64,000 bases of DNA. Source: Camelus dromedarius. Its lineage: Eukaryota. The notes under the pieces are model-generated. The model did no database searches. It saw only the letters and a program-made list of their open reading frames with translations, and was not told where the DNA came from. Made by a program: the position numbers and the translations under genes. Shown piece after piece: positions 1-12,044 of the stretch (positions within the stretch are counted from its first letter, which is position 1; the number at the start of each line of letters is the position of its first letter). The stretch spans positions 115,198,001-115,262,000 of the forward strand of contig NC_087436.1 in NCBI RefSeq assembly GCF_036321535.1. The letters are read 5' to 3'.

Positions 1-450
1 AAAGCTACGTACTTCAAAGGATTCAGGAACACGCCAAAGTGCTCTTTATCAAAAAACTGCAACAAGTATAAATTATATTTGTTAGGTGATTTGAATTTCA
101 AAATGGTCTCATATGCTTTATCTTCTTGATGAGAATGTAAGAAAGGCAAAAATGCCCCGTTTTGATATTAAGTTACCTGAGCTTTAGAGATTTGGAGACT
201 GGAACACAGATGACTAGTGGTGTCACAGAGACAGAACGTAGAGGTAGGTATTTTGGCTGCCAGTGGGTAACTGTTTCTTAGACTCCAAAGCAGACTTCCC
301 AGTGAGTGTTTGCTCACTAGATTTTCATTGCTCGAATACAGAGACAACATTTGTACATCTTAGCTATACCTGGCCTCTTTTACTCACAGTGGCTAAGACA
401 TTCAAATATTATCTTCAGTGAATAATCACAGAGGACTGGAAGTTGGATTT

Positions 451-740
451 TTAAAAATTGAGATAAAATTGACATGATGTGTAAGTTTGAAGTGTGCAGT
501 GTTGCTTTGATACAATTATATGTTACAATATGGTTACCACCATAGCATTAGCCGATGCCCCTATCATTTCACATAGTTATTCCCTCTGTGCTGTAGGAAC
601 AAGATCTAGTCCCTTAGCAACTTTAAAGTTTATAATACAACATAGTTTTCTATAATCAATACATTGTGTTTAGATCTCCAAGACTCACTTATCTACTGGT
701 TGCAAATTTGTACCCTTAAACAACATATCTCCAGTTTTTC
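451..740 (-). mobile_element. 5'-truncated L1 3' end fragment (L1MA-like) with perfect 15-bp TSD
   Basis: Reverse complement resembles an L1MA-type 3'UTR. It is flanked by the identical CTGGAAGTTGGATTT at 436-450 and 741-755. Confidence 0.8.
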
Positions 741-821
741 CTGGAAGTTGGATTTGATGACTTGCAAAGAAAGGATACTAGATTTTTCCTAGAATCTCCA
801 CATTCTAAGAAATGTTATTTT

Positions 822-973
822 TTTAATTAAATTTTGTTTTTTTGTTTTTTTTTTTTTGGAGGGAAGGTAATTAGGTTTAGTTATTTATTTTTTGGAGGAG
901 GTACTGGGGATTGAACCCAGGACCTTGTGCATACTAAGCATGCACTCTACCAATTGAGCTATACCTTCCCCCC
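822..973 (-). mobile_element. tRNA-derived SINE, camelid vic-1 type
   Basis: Minus strand reads GGGGGGAAGGTATAGCTCAATTGGTAGAGTGCATGCTTAGTATGCACAAGGTCCTGGGTTCAATCCCCAGTACC (A and B boxes), then an A-rich tail. TSD AGAAATGTTATTTT at 808-821 and 974-987. Confidence 0.9.
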
Positions 974-1821
974 AGAAATGTTATTTTAATTGGAGAAATA
1001 TTACTTTCTCTGTTTTTCCCAAGACCTATACCTCATATAGTTTCAGTCATTCTTTACCTGATTGAAGTTCTGCTATTTGGCAGGATTCATTTAAGACCAG
1101 GGAAGAAATACAAACAGTCCCTGGGCTGACAGATTGTTGTGACCAAGATGCAAGCCTTCAGGAACACCCTTCCCGGGACAGCCTGTGGTGCTGGGCACAG
1201 CCGTGGTTATACTTGGCTTTGAGACTTTGAGGGTAGAATATGCTCTCACTGCCCAGGGCTTGTGAACGTAGAAACCCTGATCTTGTCAGACTGAGGCAGA
1301 AGTATGAATTGGGTCCTGGAGTTGCAGGGTAGCTGGTTTTATCTTGAGTACACGATGTTTATTTCCCTGAGGGACTCAGATGACTGCCGTGTGCTAAGAA
1401 TTTTGAATTTTTTGTTTACAAAAGAAAATAAGCAGCTCGGATGTAGGACTCTGTATGTACAATGAGGCCCAGGTGTCGGAAGCACTTTCCCGACCTATAA
1501 AACTCCCTGATGAGGTTTCCTTCCCCTGGCTTCGCAGATAGTTCAGTTCATGTTTATGCAAATGAGGACACAAATCAGTAGTTAACAGGAACACCGCTGT
1601 GCTGACGCATTAACTTTCACTCTATAACCAGCCAATGTCAGTGCATGCAGGTTACCCCAGTGGGAACTCTGCCAGGCAGGGGAGTGTGCACAGTGTCCCC
1701 TCCCGCTAGGATGGCAAAAATAGATCCATCATTGTCAACCCAAATCAGCAAGAAAGTGCAGTGGCTTGTGCATGTGGCTGGATGTAGAGTTATGAGTGGG
1801 TAGTGTAGCTCTTGGCTTTAC

Positions 1822-2193
1822 CCCATTAATTTTTTAGGGTTGTTGCAACAAATCACCATAAACTGAGTGGCTGAAAGCAACAGATATGCATTTCCTTATA
1901 GTCCAGGGGGCCAGAGTCTGAAATCAAGGTGCCAGCAGGGTCAGTCCTTTCAGAAAAACCTCGGGTAGAATCTGTCCCAGCCTCTGCCTTAGGGCCTTCT
2001 TCTGGTGGTTTCTGCGTCCAAATTTCCCTCTTCTTATGACACCAGTTATTGGATTAAGGGCCACCCTAATCCAGTATGACCTCATATTGAATTGATTTCT
2101 TGTATGAAGATTCAATTTCCAAAGAAGATCACAGTCACAGGCGCCTGGGATGAGGACTTCAGCTTCTATTTAGGGACATAATTCAACCCACAA
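1822..2193 (-). mobile_element. MaLR (MLT1-type) solo LTR
   Basis: Minus strand starts TGTGGGTTGAATTATGTCCC. The body has MLT1 hallmarks (ATTGGATTAAGGGCCACCCTAATCCAGTATGACCTCAT on plus). Confidence 0.85.
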
Positions 2194-2775
2194 AAACATG
2201 TTTCTTTTAGGATGCTGGAAAGAGAGGATCCACGTTCTTGTGTCTTCTGTAGGAGTAGCGTGGAGGGGTAGTGGCTGAGGCAAGGGGGAAGCCCTTGGAT
2301 GGTGTTAGAAGGAATCTGGGGAAGATGGTGTGTACCTGCAGAAGGCTGGCCCAAGACTGACTGTCAGTCAATAAACATGCATTGTTTCATCATGAATCAG
2401 ATACAATTTGTAATACGGTGGCGGACAAATAGATGTGGTCTCTGGACCTGACTGGGACAGAAGAAGAGAGTCTGATTATGCTTGTGACATGGAGTCTGTC
2501 ATTCAGCTTATCTCCAGCCCACTTCCCCCCCCAGGTTCATACTGGAGACCTAGAGATAGTGAGCTAGGACTGAAAGGGACAGCAGTGGGAGGCATACACT
2601 CACATTGTGTGAAATATTGGGGGCACTAAGCAATGGTTTTCTAGACCACAAAAGGCCAGGAAAAGTTTGACACAATGTGGATTTAGACCGAAGCATAAGC
2701 GGAGCACATTCTGAGAACAACCCCTGTGACAGTGAGACTCTGGCCAAGCGACATTGGTGCCAGGGGAAGGAGCAC

Positions 2776-3193
2776 TGTATTAGTTTCTTGCTGCTGCTGT
2801 AACACACTGACACAAAGAGTGGCTTAAGAAAGCATGACTTTATTATCTTCACATTTCCACGGTCGGATTCTGCAGTGGGTCTTATAGAGGTAAAATCCCA
2901 GGGTTAGGAGAACTGTGTTTCTTCTGGAGGCTTTAGGGGAGAATCCGTTCCTTCCCTCTTCTCACTTCTAGACGCCACCCACATTCCTGGGCTTGAGTCT
3001 GCTTCCCTCTTTCACGTATAAGGACCCCTGTCATTATACTGGGTCCATCTAAATCCAGGTTAATCTTCCCATCCCAAGAGTCTTAACTTAATCACATCTA
3101 CAAAACCCTCTTTTCCATGTAAGGTGATGTAGTCATAGGTGTTGGGCATGAGGACACAGACAACTTTGGGGAAGCTGTTATTCTACGCACCAA
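2776..3193 (-). mobile_element. MaLR (MLT1-type) solo LTR
   Basis: Plus strand begins TGTATTAGTTTCTTGCTGCTGCTGTAAC (reverse complement of the MLT1 3' end) and contains CTTAACTTAATCACATCT...AAGGTGATGTAGTCATAGGT. Confidence 0.85.
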
Positions 3194-3334
3194 GACCTCA
3201 GAGACTCCAGCAGGGCCGGTGGCCAGATGAGCTGCCATTTGGTCAGAGAAGACTCTGGACATTGGTTCTATTTATTTCAGGGCTCCTTTCTGCATTCAAG
3301 CAAACCTTTGTCTACCAATTAATACTGTTGTTTT

Positions 3335-3385
3335 TGGTGGTGGTGGTGGTGGTGGTGGTGGTATGTACGTGTGTGTGTGTGCGTG
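3335..3385. repeat. (GGT)n plus (GT)n microsatellite
   Basis: Directly visible tandem repeats. Confidence 0.9.
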
Positions 3386-3987
3386 CTTGCCTGAGAGTGG
3401 GGGTGAATGATGTTTGCATCTCCTCCCTTTGGCAATATTCAACTCCAGTGTTAGTGCAGTAGGTGTGCTTATTTTTTTGCACATACAACCTACGCTCTGT
3501 TCTCGTCTAATTCTGCCAAAATGTCCGGATAAGTGTACAATATATAAGCACACATGGTGCATACGATATACTTTATATCAAAATGCTTATATCTAAAAAG
3601 GCATATGTATCTGTAAATCATATTGCTGCATATAATCTGTATCATTCTAAATTTTATAATCATCCTAATTTATAATATGAATATTATATTCATACTAATA
3701 CTAGTGTGAATAATATAATTTATATACAAATGTTTGTGAAAAATTTTATATAACTATATTAAATGTGAATATGCATATAAATATGATATATATGTACAAT
3801 GTATAAATATACATTTCCTATGATCATATTTTACTCCTTGGATAGTTCTTTCCTTGATGTATCAAGTTGAATAAGACAGACAACAGCTTAAAACAGATGA
3901 TAGACTTTATAGCAGACTGCAGAGCAAAATATAAGATTTCAGTAAAGAGTACAAATACACCTTGAGCAATTGCTTTCTACCTTTACT

Positions 3988-4132
3988 ATTTTTTTGCTTA
4001 TTTTTTTGGGGGGGGTAATTAGATGTATTTATTTATTTATTTATTTATTTACTTAATGGAGGTGCTAGGGATTGAACCCAGGACCTCACGCATGCTAGGC
4101 AGGCGCTATACCACAGAGCTACACCCTCCCCC
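3988..4132 (-). mobile_element. tRNA-derived SINE, camelid vic-1 type (older copy)
   Basis: Same head as 822-973 (GGGGGAGGGTGTAGCTC...GGGTTCAATCCCTAGCACC on minus), a (TAAA)n tail, and an imperfect TSD beginning TGCTTT. Confidence 0.85.
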
Positions 4133-4149
4133 TGCTTTATAGCTTATAT

Positions 4150-4300
4150 CGCTTAATCTTCTCACCAACTGTGTAAGATATTTCAATCATAATTATGCCC
4201 ATTTTAGAGATGAAAAAATTGAGACTCAAAATCCAGTGACTTTTCTAAGACCAAGCAGCAATTTTTGTCAGAATTTCAGCTGAATTCCAGGTTTTCTGAT
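4150..4300 (-). mobile_element. MIR fragment
   Basis: MIR core CCCATTTTAGAGATGAAAAAATTGAGACTCA. Confidence 0.7.
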
Positions 4301-4964
4301 TAATCCTACTCTGTCACTTATAATCATTATGAGCTTGGCATGTTTGTGCAACTGTAAATGGATGTGGTGAGGACAACAGCTTGTTCACAGAGACTGGGGA
4401 GGGTCAAGGTCATGAAAATCAGATAATGCATGCAAGATTCTGTCAACTGTAAAACACCATGAAATTCTTTGTTGGACGGCATGCCACTGAGTGCATGTAA
4501 TGGCCTGTTAAATTAGATGGAACCAGCTATTCCCTCCACAGGAGTTCAGAGAAAGCTAATGTCAAAGTGTCACGGAGGACATTGTTACCGATGTGGAATC
4601 TCCTGCTTTCACTGATCGCATTTAATCCTCCCGCATTTCTCATGTAGTTACTGGTTCCACTGTATAGATGAGGAAATACAAATTCAGTGCGGACAGATAA
4701 TCTTCTGTCATGGTGCCTGGGCTCAGAATTAGAGCGTCTCTGAAAGCCAGATTCTTTTGACTACTTTCCATTTATTCTCAACGGTGCTTTAAGTCCTTGG
4801 TGGTGGCAAGATGTGTTGGTGCTTAGCAGCACTCTGAGGTACTAATCCATTATTCAAATGGGGCAGTGGTCTTACAGGTAAAAAGGGGACCAACCAGTGT
4901 CCCAAAGATTATAACATAAAATAATAATTATTCAAATAAGTTCTTTTCAAATTACCTTCCTTAC

Positions 4965-5200
4965 ACTCTCAACTCTCTGTATTTTCTTCCCTTCTGCAAG
5001 GGCAGCTGGGCTTTTCTACATTCTGACAGCAGTTCCAGGGAATGCAGGAGGCATTGAAAAGAGGAGAAAGTTCTTTTAAGGCCTCAGGGCAAGCTCTGAG
5101 CTCTCCAGGTGGATTTGGTTCCCATTCCTTGGTGAAACTTCCGTGCATATCAAAAACCTTCTGCAGGACCCCATCCACCCTCCTTTCAGATACTGATGAA
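4965..5200 (-). mobile_element. Ancient CR1/L3-like LINE ORF2 (pre-RT) remnant
   Basis: Translation VSERRVDGVLQKVFDMHGS...PGELRACPEALKELSPLFNAS and, after a frameshift, ECRKAQLPLQKGRK. This parallels the CR1-clade pattern VSxExVxxxLxxLDxHKSxGPD..PxVLRE..PLSxIFxxS..PxDWKKAxVxPIxKKGxK. Confidence 0.55.
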
Positions 5201-5859
5201 TGTTTACATCTCTGTGCTTTCTTGTGCATGTTTGTGAAAAATACAGACCTCTGATCTCTAAAATAGTGAATACACTATTGCGATTTTTCTATTTTTTTCA
5301 AGTATTAGTTGAGACAAAAAGTGAGTTTTTAAATGAATACCTCCCAAGAAACTGCCTACCACAAGCATCTGGAATATAATTTTTTTTTCTGGTCTGGAAT
5401 ACACATGCTTCTGTTACTTCTCTATCCAGGTGCCTTTGTAACACCTCCTCATGTTGTAAAAGTTTACTCTGATGTTGCATTCCTCAGAAAGCCTGCCCAG
5501 ATTAGCTTTTTTCCTGCCTAGGTTGCATGTATTTTGTTTTTACAGAGAAGGCTGTAAAAACCTAAAAAATAGAGCAAACGGAGAGCAGAAATCTTATGTA
5601 TAAATCTCTGAAGCTTTGTATAGAATCTGAATTAAGGAGTTAAGGAGATGCTTAATTAAAAATAAATCAACAGCAATAAATAAATGAAGAGTCAACAAAA
5701 CAGTCTACAACTGAACGGAAGATTGTTGCAAACCACATGAGTTTCACACTGAAGAAAGTTCTATCGCTGCCCTCAAACCCTTGAGTAACTCTTTTTGTCA
5801 GTGGGATACAAATTCTGCTCACTCGTATTTCTAGTTCTCTTCCTCTAGGTGCATGGTCA

Positions 5860-6191
5860 CAGTTTTGTTCCTCCATGCCTTCAAGTTTAGACACTATCAG
5901 ACCACTTACCTAGGTCAATGAAATACACGTGTCTCCTCTGGGCAGAAGAGTTTCACATCTGGGATGTGATTCTCTGTCTTGCCCGTTTCTGTGCTGTGGA
6001 GCTAGAAGGTCTTCTGGACAGTGAGACTTTATCCGACTCTGCATCCTAAGTCAGAAATGGAGGAGTATGTGAGCCTTGCCAACCCACAGTGGCTTGTGAA
6101 CAGCAAACAGCTATTTCATTGCTTTAAACGGACTGAAATTTGGGGGTTATGTGTTACAGCAGCATAACCTACTTCTTTCTAAATGATGCAG
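5860..6191 (+). mobile_element. MaLR (old MLT1) LTR, partial
   Basis: Typical MLT1 3' end: ACTGAAATTTGGGGGTTATGTGTTACAGCAGCATAACCTA. The 5' boundary is approximate. Confidence 0.65.
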
Positions 6192-8287
6192 TAAGCGTTG
6201 TCTATAATATTAGCATTTGAATGTAACTTTATTGCTTTACATTGACGATCAATTATTCTTATTCATAAAGGATGCCAGGAGGTGTCTGGGAATTTATCAG
6301 TACACGTTTTCCTCCCTCACCCGTGGACACCTTGTGGGAGTCTGTCTTGAGGAATGCTTAACCATAACAACACAACGATCTAATTCATTCTGCTGAGAAT
6401 TTTTATAATAAGAGGTGAGATGGCTCTATGTCTTATTCTGTAACTTGAGAAGTCTTGCTTGCTTTCTGGCTTGTGTTACTTCTGTTAGGGACTATCAAAA
6501 GTCCAAATCTCAGTGATATGAATGAGAAAGTAGCAACTGTAACTGAATTTCACCACCAACGGTCATCTCAGGAGTAAATTGAGAGTTGGGGAGGGGTCAC
6601 CTCAAGAGTGAAAGTTAGTGACCAGGTGTTGTGTATGTGCTTGCCTGTGAATGATAAATCTTCTCCCCCGGCAAACTTTCTAAGGTTTGAGTGATAGAAA
6701 TCCTGCTTAAATCATTGACTTTTTTTTTTTAAGAAGAAAAATCTCACCAACTGGGGACTAAGGAATGAAGAAAAGCTAATATCTTGCTATTGTTTAATGT
6801 TCTCTTGAGTAAAAATACAAGTAGTTGTTGGAAGTGCTTCTGAATTGCCTTCTAAAGTTCTGAATTTTTACCCAATGACCCATTAAAAACAATGCAAAGT
6901 GTATTTGAGCCTATCCCCCAAGACACAGTGCTTTCTTCCCTGACTTTTTCTTCTTCTAAATGAAGGCAGCATGGAGGGGCCTTGTACGGGAGGGTGAGAT
7001 CAGGATCAGTGCATATTTAAACAAAATAGTCTACCACACAGAAATTCAGCATCTAAACTGCCCTTCAAATTTAGAACCCCTAATCCCAAGTACAGTGCTT
7101 ATTTTCCTGCAAATTAGCTGACAAGCAACCGATTTGATGATGGTAGGATCAGAAAACAGAAACAAAAACAACTGCACAGAGCTGAGTGTGTTGCTTTGCC
7201 TTTTCTGCATTGAGTTTTTTGTTTTGCTTTGTTTTGTTTTTAATATATTTCCCACTTCACTAGGTAGAAATTGAATTTCAACAAAATGATCATTATTATC
7301 CTTGAATAAATAATATGATGTCAGACATTATGTAGATCCCTACATTTAGGTTGATCCATTTGCTAGAGGTGTTCCATACCTCTTTTCCCAGATACACCCA
7401 TGGGAAACATTTACCTTCAGATTTCCCCGGTTTCCTATAGTAATGAATTCATACTAGTTTACTCGAACTGGGTATTACACTCAATATGACTTTCTGTCAC
7501 TTAAACCTATTTCCTTGGAGGAAACAGAATAACTTTCAGGATGTCTTAGGCAGTCTCCTTTTCTCACCCATGCCAACAGTGTACTATTTACATAAGCCTG
7601 CTATTGACTTAGGATTTAGCCTTCTTCATCCAGTTTGAACATGACAAAATCCTTAAGAGGAAACCGAGGGATATTTTCCCAGCCTTTGAATCATTATTCT
7701 TTTTCTCTGTGGGAGACTTGCCAGATCTTAGCTCTGGGTCCAGCTCTAAATATCTAAAGACATTTTCAAAGTCTAGTCCCTCTGTGGTCTCTTTCTTGGA
7801 TTTACTTTAGCTTCCTAAATGTAACTTTAAAAAAAAAAAAAAGTAAAGAAATAAAGGAACTAATATTATACATTCCACTCATTCTTCTTTTTCAGGCTCT
7901 AAAATATGCACAGATTGCAATCAGATCTTTTTTTTCCTTGTTACTTGGCCAAGATTTGAAATACCTTTGAAATTTATTCCTTCTTAAAATTCGCATTCTG
8001 AATCAGTCTTTCTACTCACCTGAACTGTTATTCCTGGAGCTGTTTGTTGAGTTCTTTCAATGTTCAAAGTTTAATCCCTCATTGCAGGTGTAGCCTTGCC
8101 AGGGTCAAAGAAGAAAGGAAACTTTCATGTGGAAACACAGAGTCAGCCTTGGAGAAGAATATGAAGATGATCAAGGTTCCTTAGTGCCTGAGCCAAAATT
8201 GATGACCCATTAATTCCTGGAGGCTCCTCCTTCCCTTTTGTTTATGCACCTTTTCTTTCCTCACTGAGCATGAGGTGACAATACACC

Positions 8288-8530
8288 GTGTAGTCAAGGG
8301 TACTGTCTCTGAACCCAGACAACCTGGGTTGAATTTCTTGCTTAGCCACTTGATTGACTTTAATTAGGTTATATAGCCATTCGAATCCTCAGTTTTCATT
8401 TCTGTGCAAAGGGGTGCTTATCACTATAATACCCCGTGCTTATTACTTCTTTTAAATAAGGCAAGCAGTACCAGTCCTGCAACATACTGCCTGCTACACA
8501 GTAAGTTCTCGTTGAATGTTCCTGCCATTA
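8288..8530 (+). mobile_element. MIR
   Basis: CCAGACAACCTGGGTTGAATT...CCTCAGTTTTCATTTCTGTGCAAAGGGG. Confidence 0.7.
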
Positions 8531-10569
8531 AGAGTAACTTTGGTCAGATGTTGAACTTCTCTTTGTCTTCCTGCTGTGTCAAAGCCATTTTGATACAACT
8601 ATTTTTTTAAAAAATTTTTCAAGGATTTTATTTGAATGCTGTGTCCGGAATAATGTTCAGCACAGAATATGTTATGAGTTATATCTCATGTTATGTTCTT
8701 ATCATCTGTGTAAGGGTGTAGATTGAGTGCTTCTACACGTCTAGAATCTGTACTCAGAGAGGTCAGGTAACCTCTCAGAGATTTAAGTAGCACAGTTATA
8801 ATTTGATTGCAGACTTACTTGTTAAAGCCTTCACACTCTTTCTATACTATACCTCTTTACCCTGCAAAAAATAGCAACACAACAAAATAAAATATCCCAT
8901 TTGAATGAGGAACTTTCTTTCCCCATGCCTATTGTTTCCAAGTGGAGGGAAACCCATTTGCGTGAACTTCCTGTCCCCTCTCCACTTCCCACAATTTTTC
9001 CCATTGTCGTTGACCTATGGAAAGAGCTGAGGGCAGTTTTGGTTCAGTCCTCTTCTCTTCCCTCTTTTTAGGAATCTGCCCATCAACAGAGCATGCGTGT
9101 TTTGATGTGCCAGAGGTCTGGCCGTAAGTCTGGTAAAGACCTCACCCTGGTCAAGAATTGCGTGTGACTGTTTGGAGGCACTGTTCTTATACAGTTAGCC
9201 ATATCCTCTTGATAAACAGCCTTTAACAGCAGCCACGAAAAGATTTTCATTTCCCTTGACCTTATTTCTAACTCTGTCTCAGCTGGTTTCAAATTTAGAT
9301 GGTAAAACATCTATTTTATTGGTTCCTCTCATCAGTCATTGTCAAGATTGGCCTTTGAAAATGATGCCAAAAGACAGACATGTTTCATTGCCCAGTTGGA
9401 TGGTCAAATAATTGTGAAGAGGGATTTTAGAAAAAGCTAGAGTTCCAAGTGCCTTGTTCAGGTGTGTTCAAGCCTTTATTTTTCCCACTGTCTGTGCTCG
9501 GGCTTTCAAGGGTGTGGCTTGGTTAACAAATGTCTCCTATACATGAGGTTGTTAACAAACAATGTGGGGGACATTTGCACCTGTGGTGTTCTCATTACTC
9601 TCTAAGTGAGTGCTTGCCACACTTCTTGGGACAGGAGTTGACTTTAGAATCAACTAAAAACCATGCATTTTTCATCTCCCACGTGAAGATAAAAAAGTGA
9701 AAGCAAAATTTTGCATTTAGTTTATTTAAATATCTTTTATTTCGTCATTCATTCATTTACTTCTCTCTTTTTTCAATGTTTACCAAACTCCCATTCAATG
9801 ACTGAGACATTACTAACACTGATTACGTAATGGCGGGCAAGTATAAGGAATTCTTAAGTTCAGAGAACTCAGCCTGGATGCCTGTTTTAGCACCAGATGA
9901 CTGTATTTGTTTATGTCACTTAAATTTGAGTGATGAAATCTGGCCCTGGTTAGCTTAAGGAGAAAAGAAAACTATTCGCAAGGGCATTCAAGTGTCTGGT
10001 GGCATAGGAGAGGGTGTCAACAACATGGGAGGGAAAGTAACTAAGGAGATTCCAGGACTTGGAACAGCTGAGGCATTTGGATCTTCTACCTGGCGGCCTG
10101 CTGTTAACCTGACTCAGCTTTACAACTTCCTGCCTCTTTGTCCCTCCCTGCCATTCCGTGGACTGGGCTAGCTGCATACTGTTCATCCATCAGACATGGC
10201 CATGAGCGGGATGGCCATTTAGGCAGTAACGTGGCTACTGCCATGCGAGAGCAATCCCCGGAGAAAGCAGAATTACTGTGAACGGAGCAGTTCACTGCAG
10301 GAGGACTCTGCTCTATGAAATAGATGAAATTTCTGTTTTGTGTACATCCAAGTGACAGAGTATCATATATCTCACATTGTACAATCCAAAAACTAATTGA
10401 TTTCTTTGTTCTCATCAAGTCTACATTTTCCTTCCTCAGATGTTCAAAGATGTCGCCACCTAAAGTGCTTCACCGATCCCGCGTGTAACACTCAGGCTTC
10501 CCTAGAAATAGTGGCCGTTTTTCCTTCAAGTACCTACATCCCCATTTCTCACGGGGTAATGACAATAGG

Positions 10570-10719
10570 GGCTGCACGGATGGTTGGCTGCAGTAGAGTG
10601 TAAACATAACTTTTATATGCACCGGGAAACTAAAAAAAAAAAAAATCACATGACTCACTTTATTATGATTCTCGCTTTATTGTGTTGGTCTGAGACTGAA
10701 TATCTCTGAGGCGTACCTG
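10570..10719 (+). mobile_element. Tigger1 DNA transposon 3' terminal fragment
   Basis: GTGTAAACATAACTTTTATATGCACCGGGAAAC...CGCTTTATTG...ATATCTCTGAGGCGTACCTG matches the Tigger1 right end and TIR as I recall them. Confidence 0.85.
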
Positions 10720-12044
10720 CATCTCTTCAAACTTATGTTAAACCTTATTTTCAAACTTCTGTTATATATCATTAATTTGTATTAAAAGAAGTAAATATGT
10801 CTCAACATATCATGACAACCACCTCTATTATTTGTTTTTCAAAAAAGGAAATTGACTTAATCTCATAGAGATTAATTTTAGAAATTGTAAGCAAGCTTAC
10901 CAAGGTCATGCAATTTATAAATAATGGGGTATTGAGTGAATTTGGTCTGACCTAACACTTGTAAATGTTCCTTCCTTGAGACTCCCTCTGCAATCTTAAC
11001 CCCCTTTACTTCCATTGAGTCCCCTTGGGGTGTTCCTTCCACCCTTGACGAAAGTTTTTGGTCCATCCATGACTTGACTACTGAGGTCGTGATTTTCCAA
11101 TTTCTGGTCTGGCTGCCCTCAAGTCATACTTCGTACTCAATCACTGCTTTTCATTTCTTATTAATTTGCTCAATTGTTCTACCAGTGGTTAACGTGTGAC
11201 CACTTTATATTATGAATTCAAGTTATAAATATGAATAAACCCAACCCCTTTTCTCCTAGTAGTGGAAGAATCTTCATGTGTAGTCGGGAAATTTTACTCA
11301 GCCATATAACTTCAATTTTATAACAGTCTGTATGCCGAATTAATAGCTCCTAGGAAAAAGATTCCAGTTTTTCTCCAAGAATTATAGTCCTGATTTCCGG
11401 ACTCAAGCCAAGATGTAGGGCTCACAGTTTGGGTTTAGCTGTCTAACCTGATTTTTTCTGTTGTCCTCAAAGGTAAATAAGAAAAGTGTGGATGTAGCAG
11501 GGTGCAAATAACTCACACTAAATGCTTCTTTTGTTCTTCTCAGAAAGCCAGCACCTCTTGTCCAACCCATCAATAAGCAACTGTAATAGTCTTTGAATAA
11601 TCGGGGGTGAAGTCGTCACAAGCTCAGCGTTCCGTGTGATGACTGTGAATAGTGGAATATATGAGATGTGATCTGGAAAAAAAATGCTTGCTGCGTGGAA
11701 AGTCGTCGTGCTGCCTGGGGCTTTGTCTTCAAGTTCATTTTCACTGAGCGCTAAGGTTGTGAACTGTGGCTTCTTCAGTCCAGCTCTGTTACCCATCTCC
11801 ACTGGAAAGCAGTTCTCACCCCTTGGGTTCCTCACTGGCCAAGTGGGATCACAGTGACAAAGACCTCCCGGGAAGTGCTGTTTTCAGGAAAGAGATGTTA
11901 AAATCCTAGCATGGTATTTGGAGAACTCAATGTTTAGACACACCTTTCACAACAAATAGAACCTTGTTTTGCTTTACCAATAAGACTTTTTTTTCTCTCC
12001 AAATGCTCTCCCAAAATACATAGTACAGATGCTTTTTCTAAATC

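Noticed and set aside
900..973. tRNA-like sequence with A and B boxes
   Set aside because: It has an A-rich tail, a TSD and a second copy in the window, so it is a SINE head rather than a tRNA gene.
3139..3562. Poly-Val and poly-Pro ORFs resembling a transmembrane or proline-rich protein
   Set aside because: These are translations of the (GGT)n/(GT)n microsatellite.
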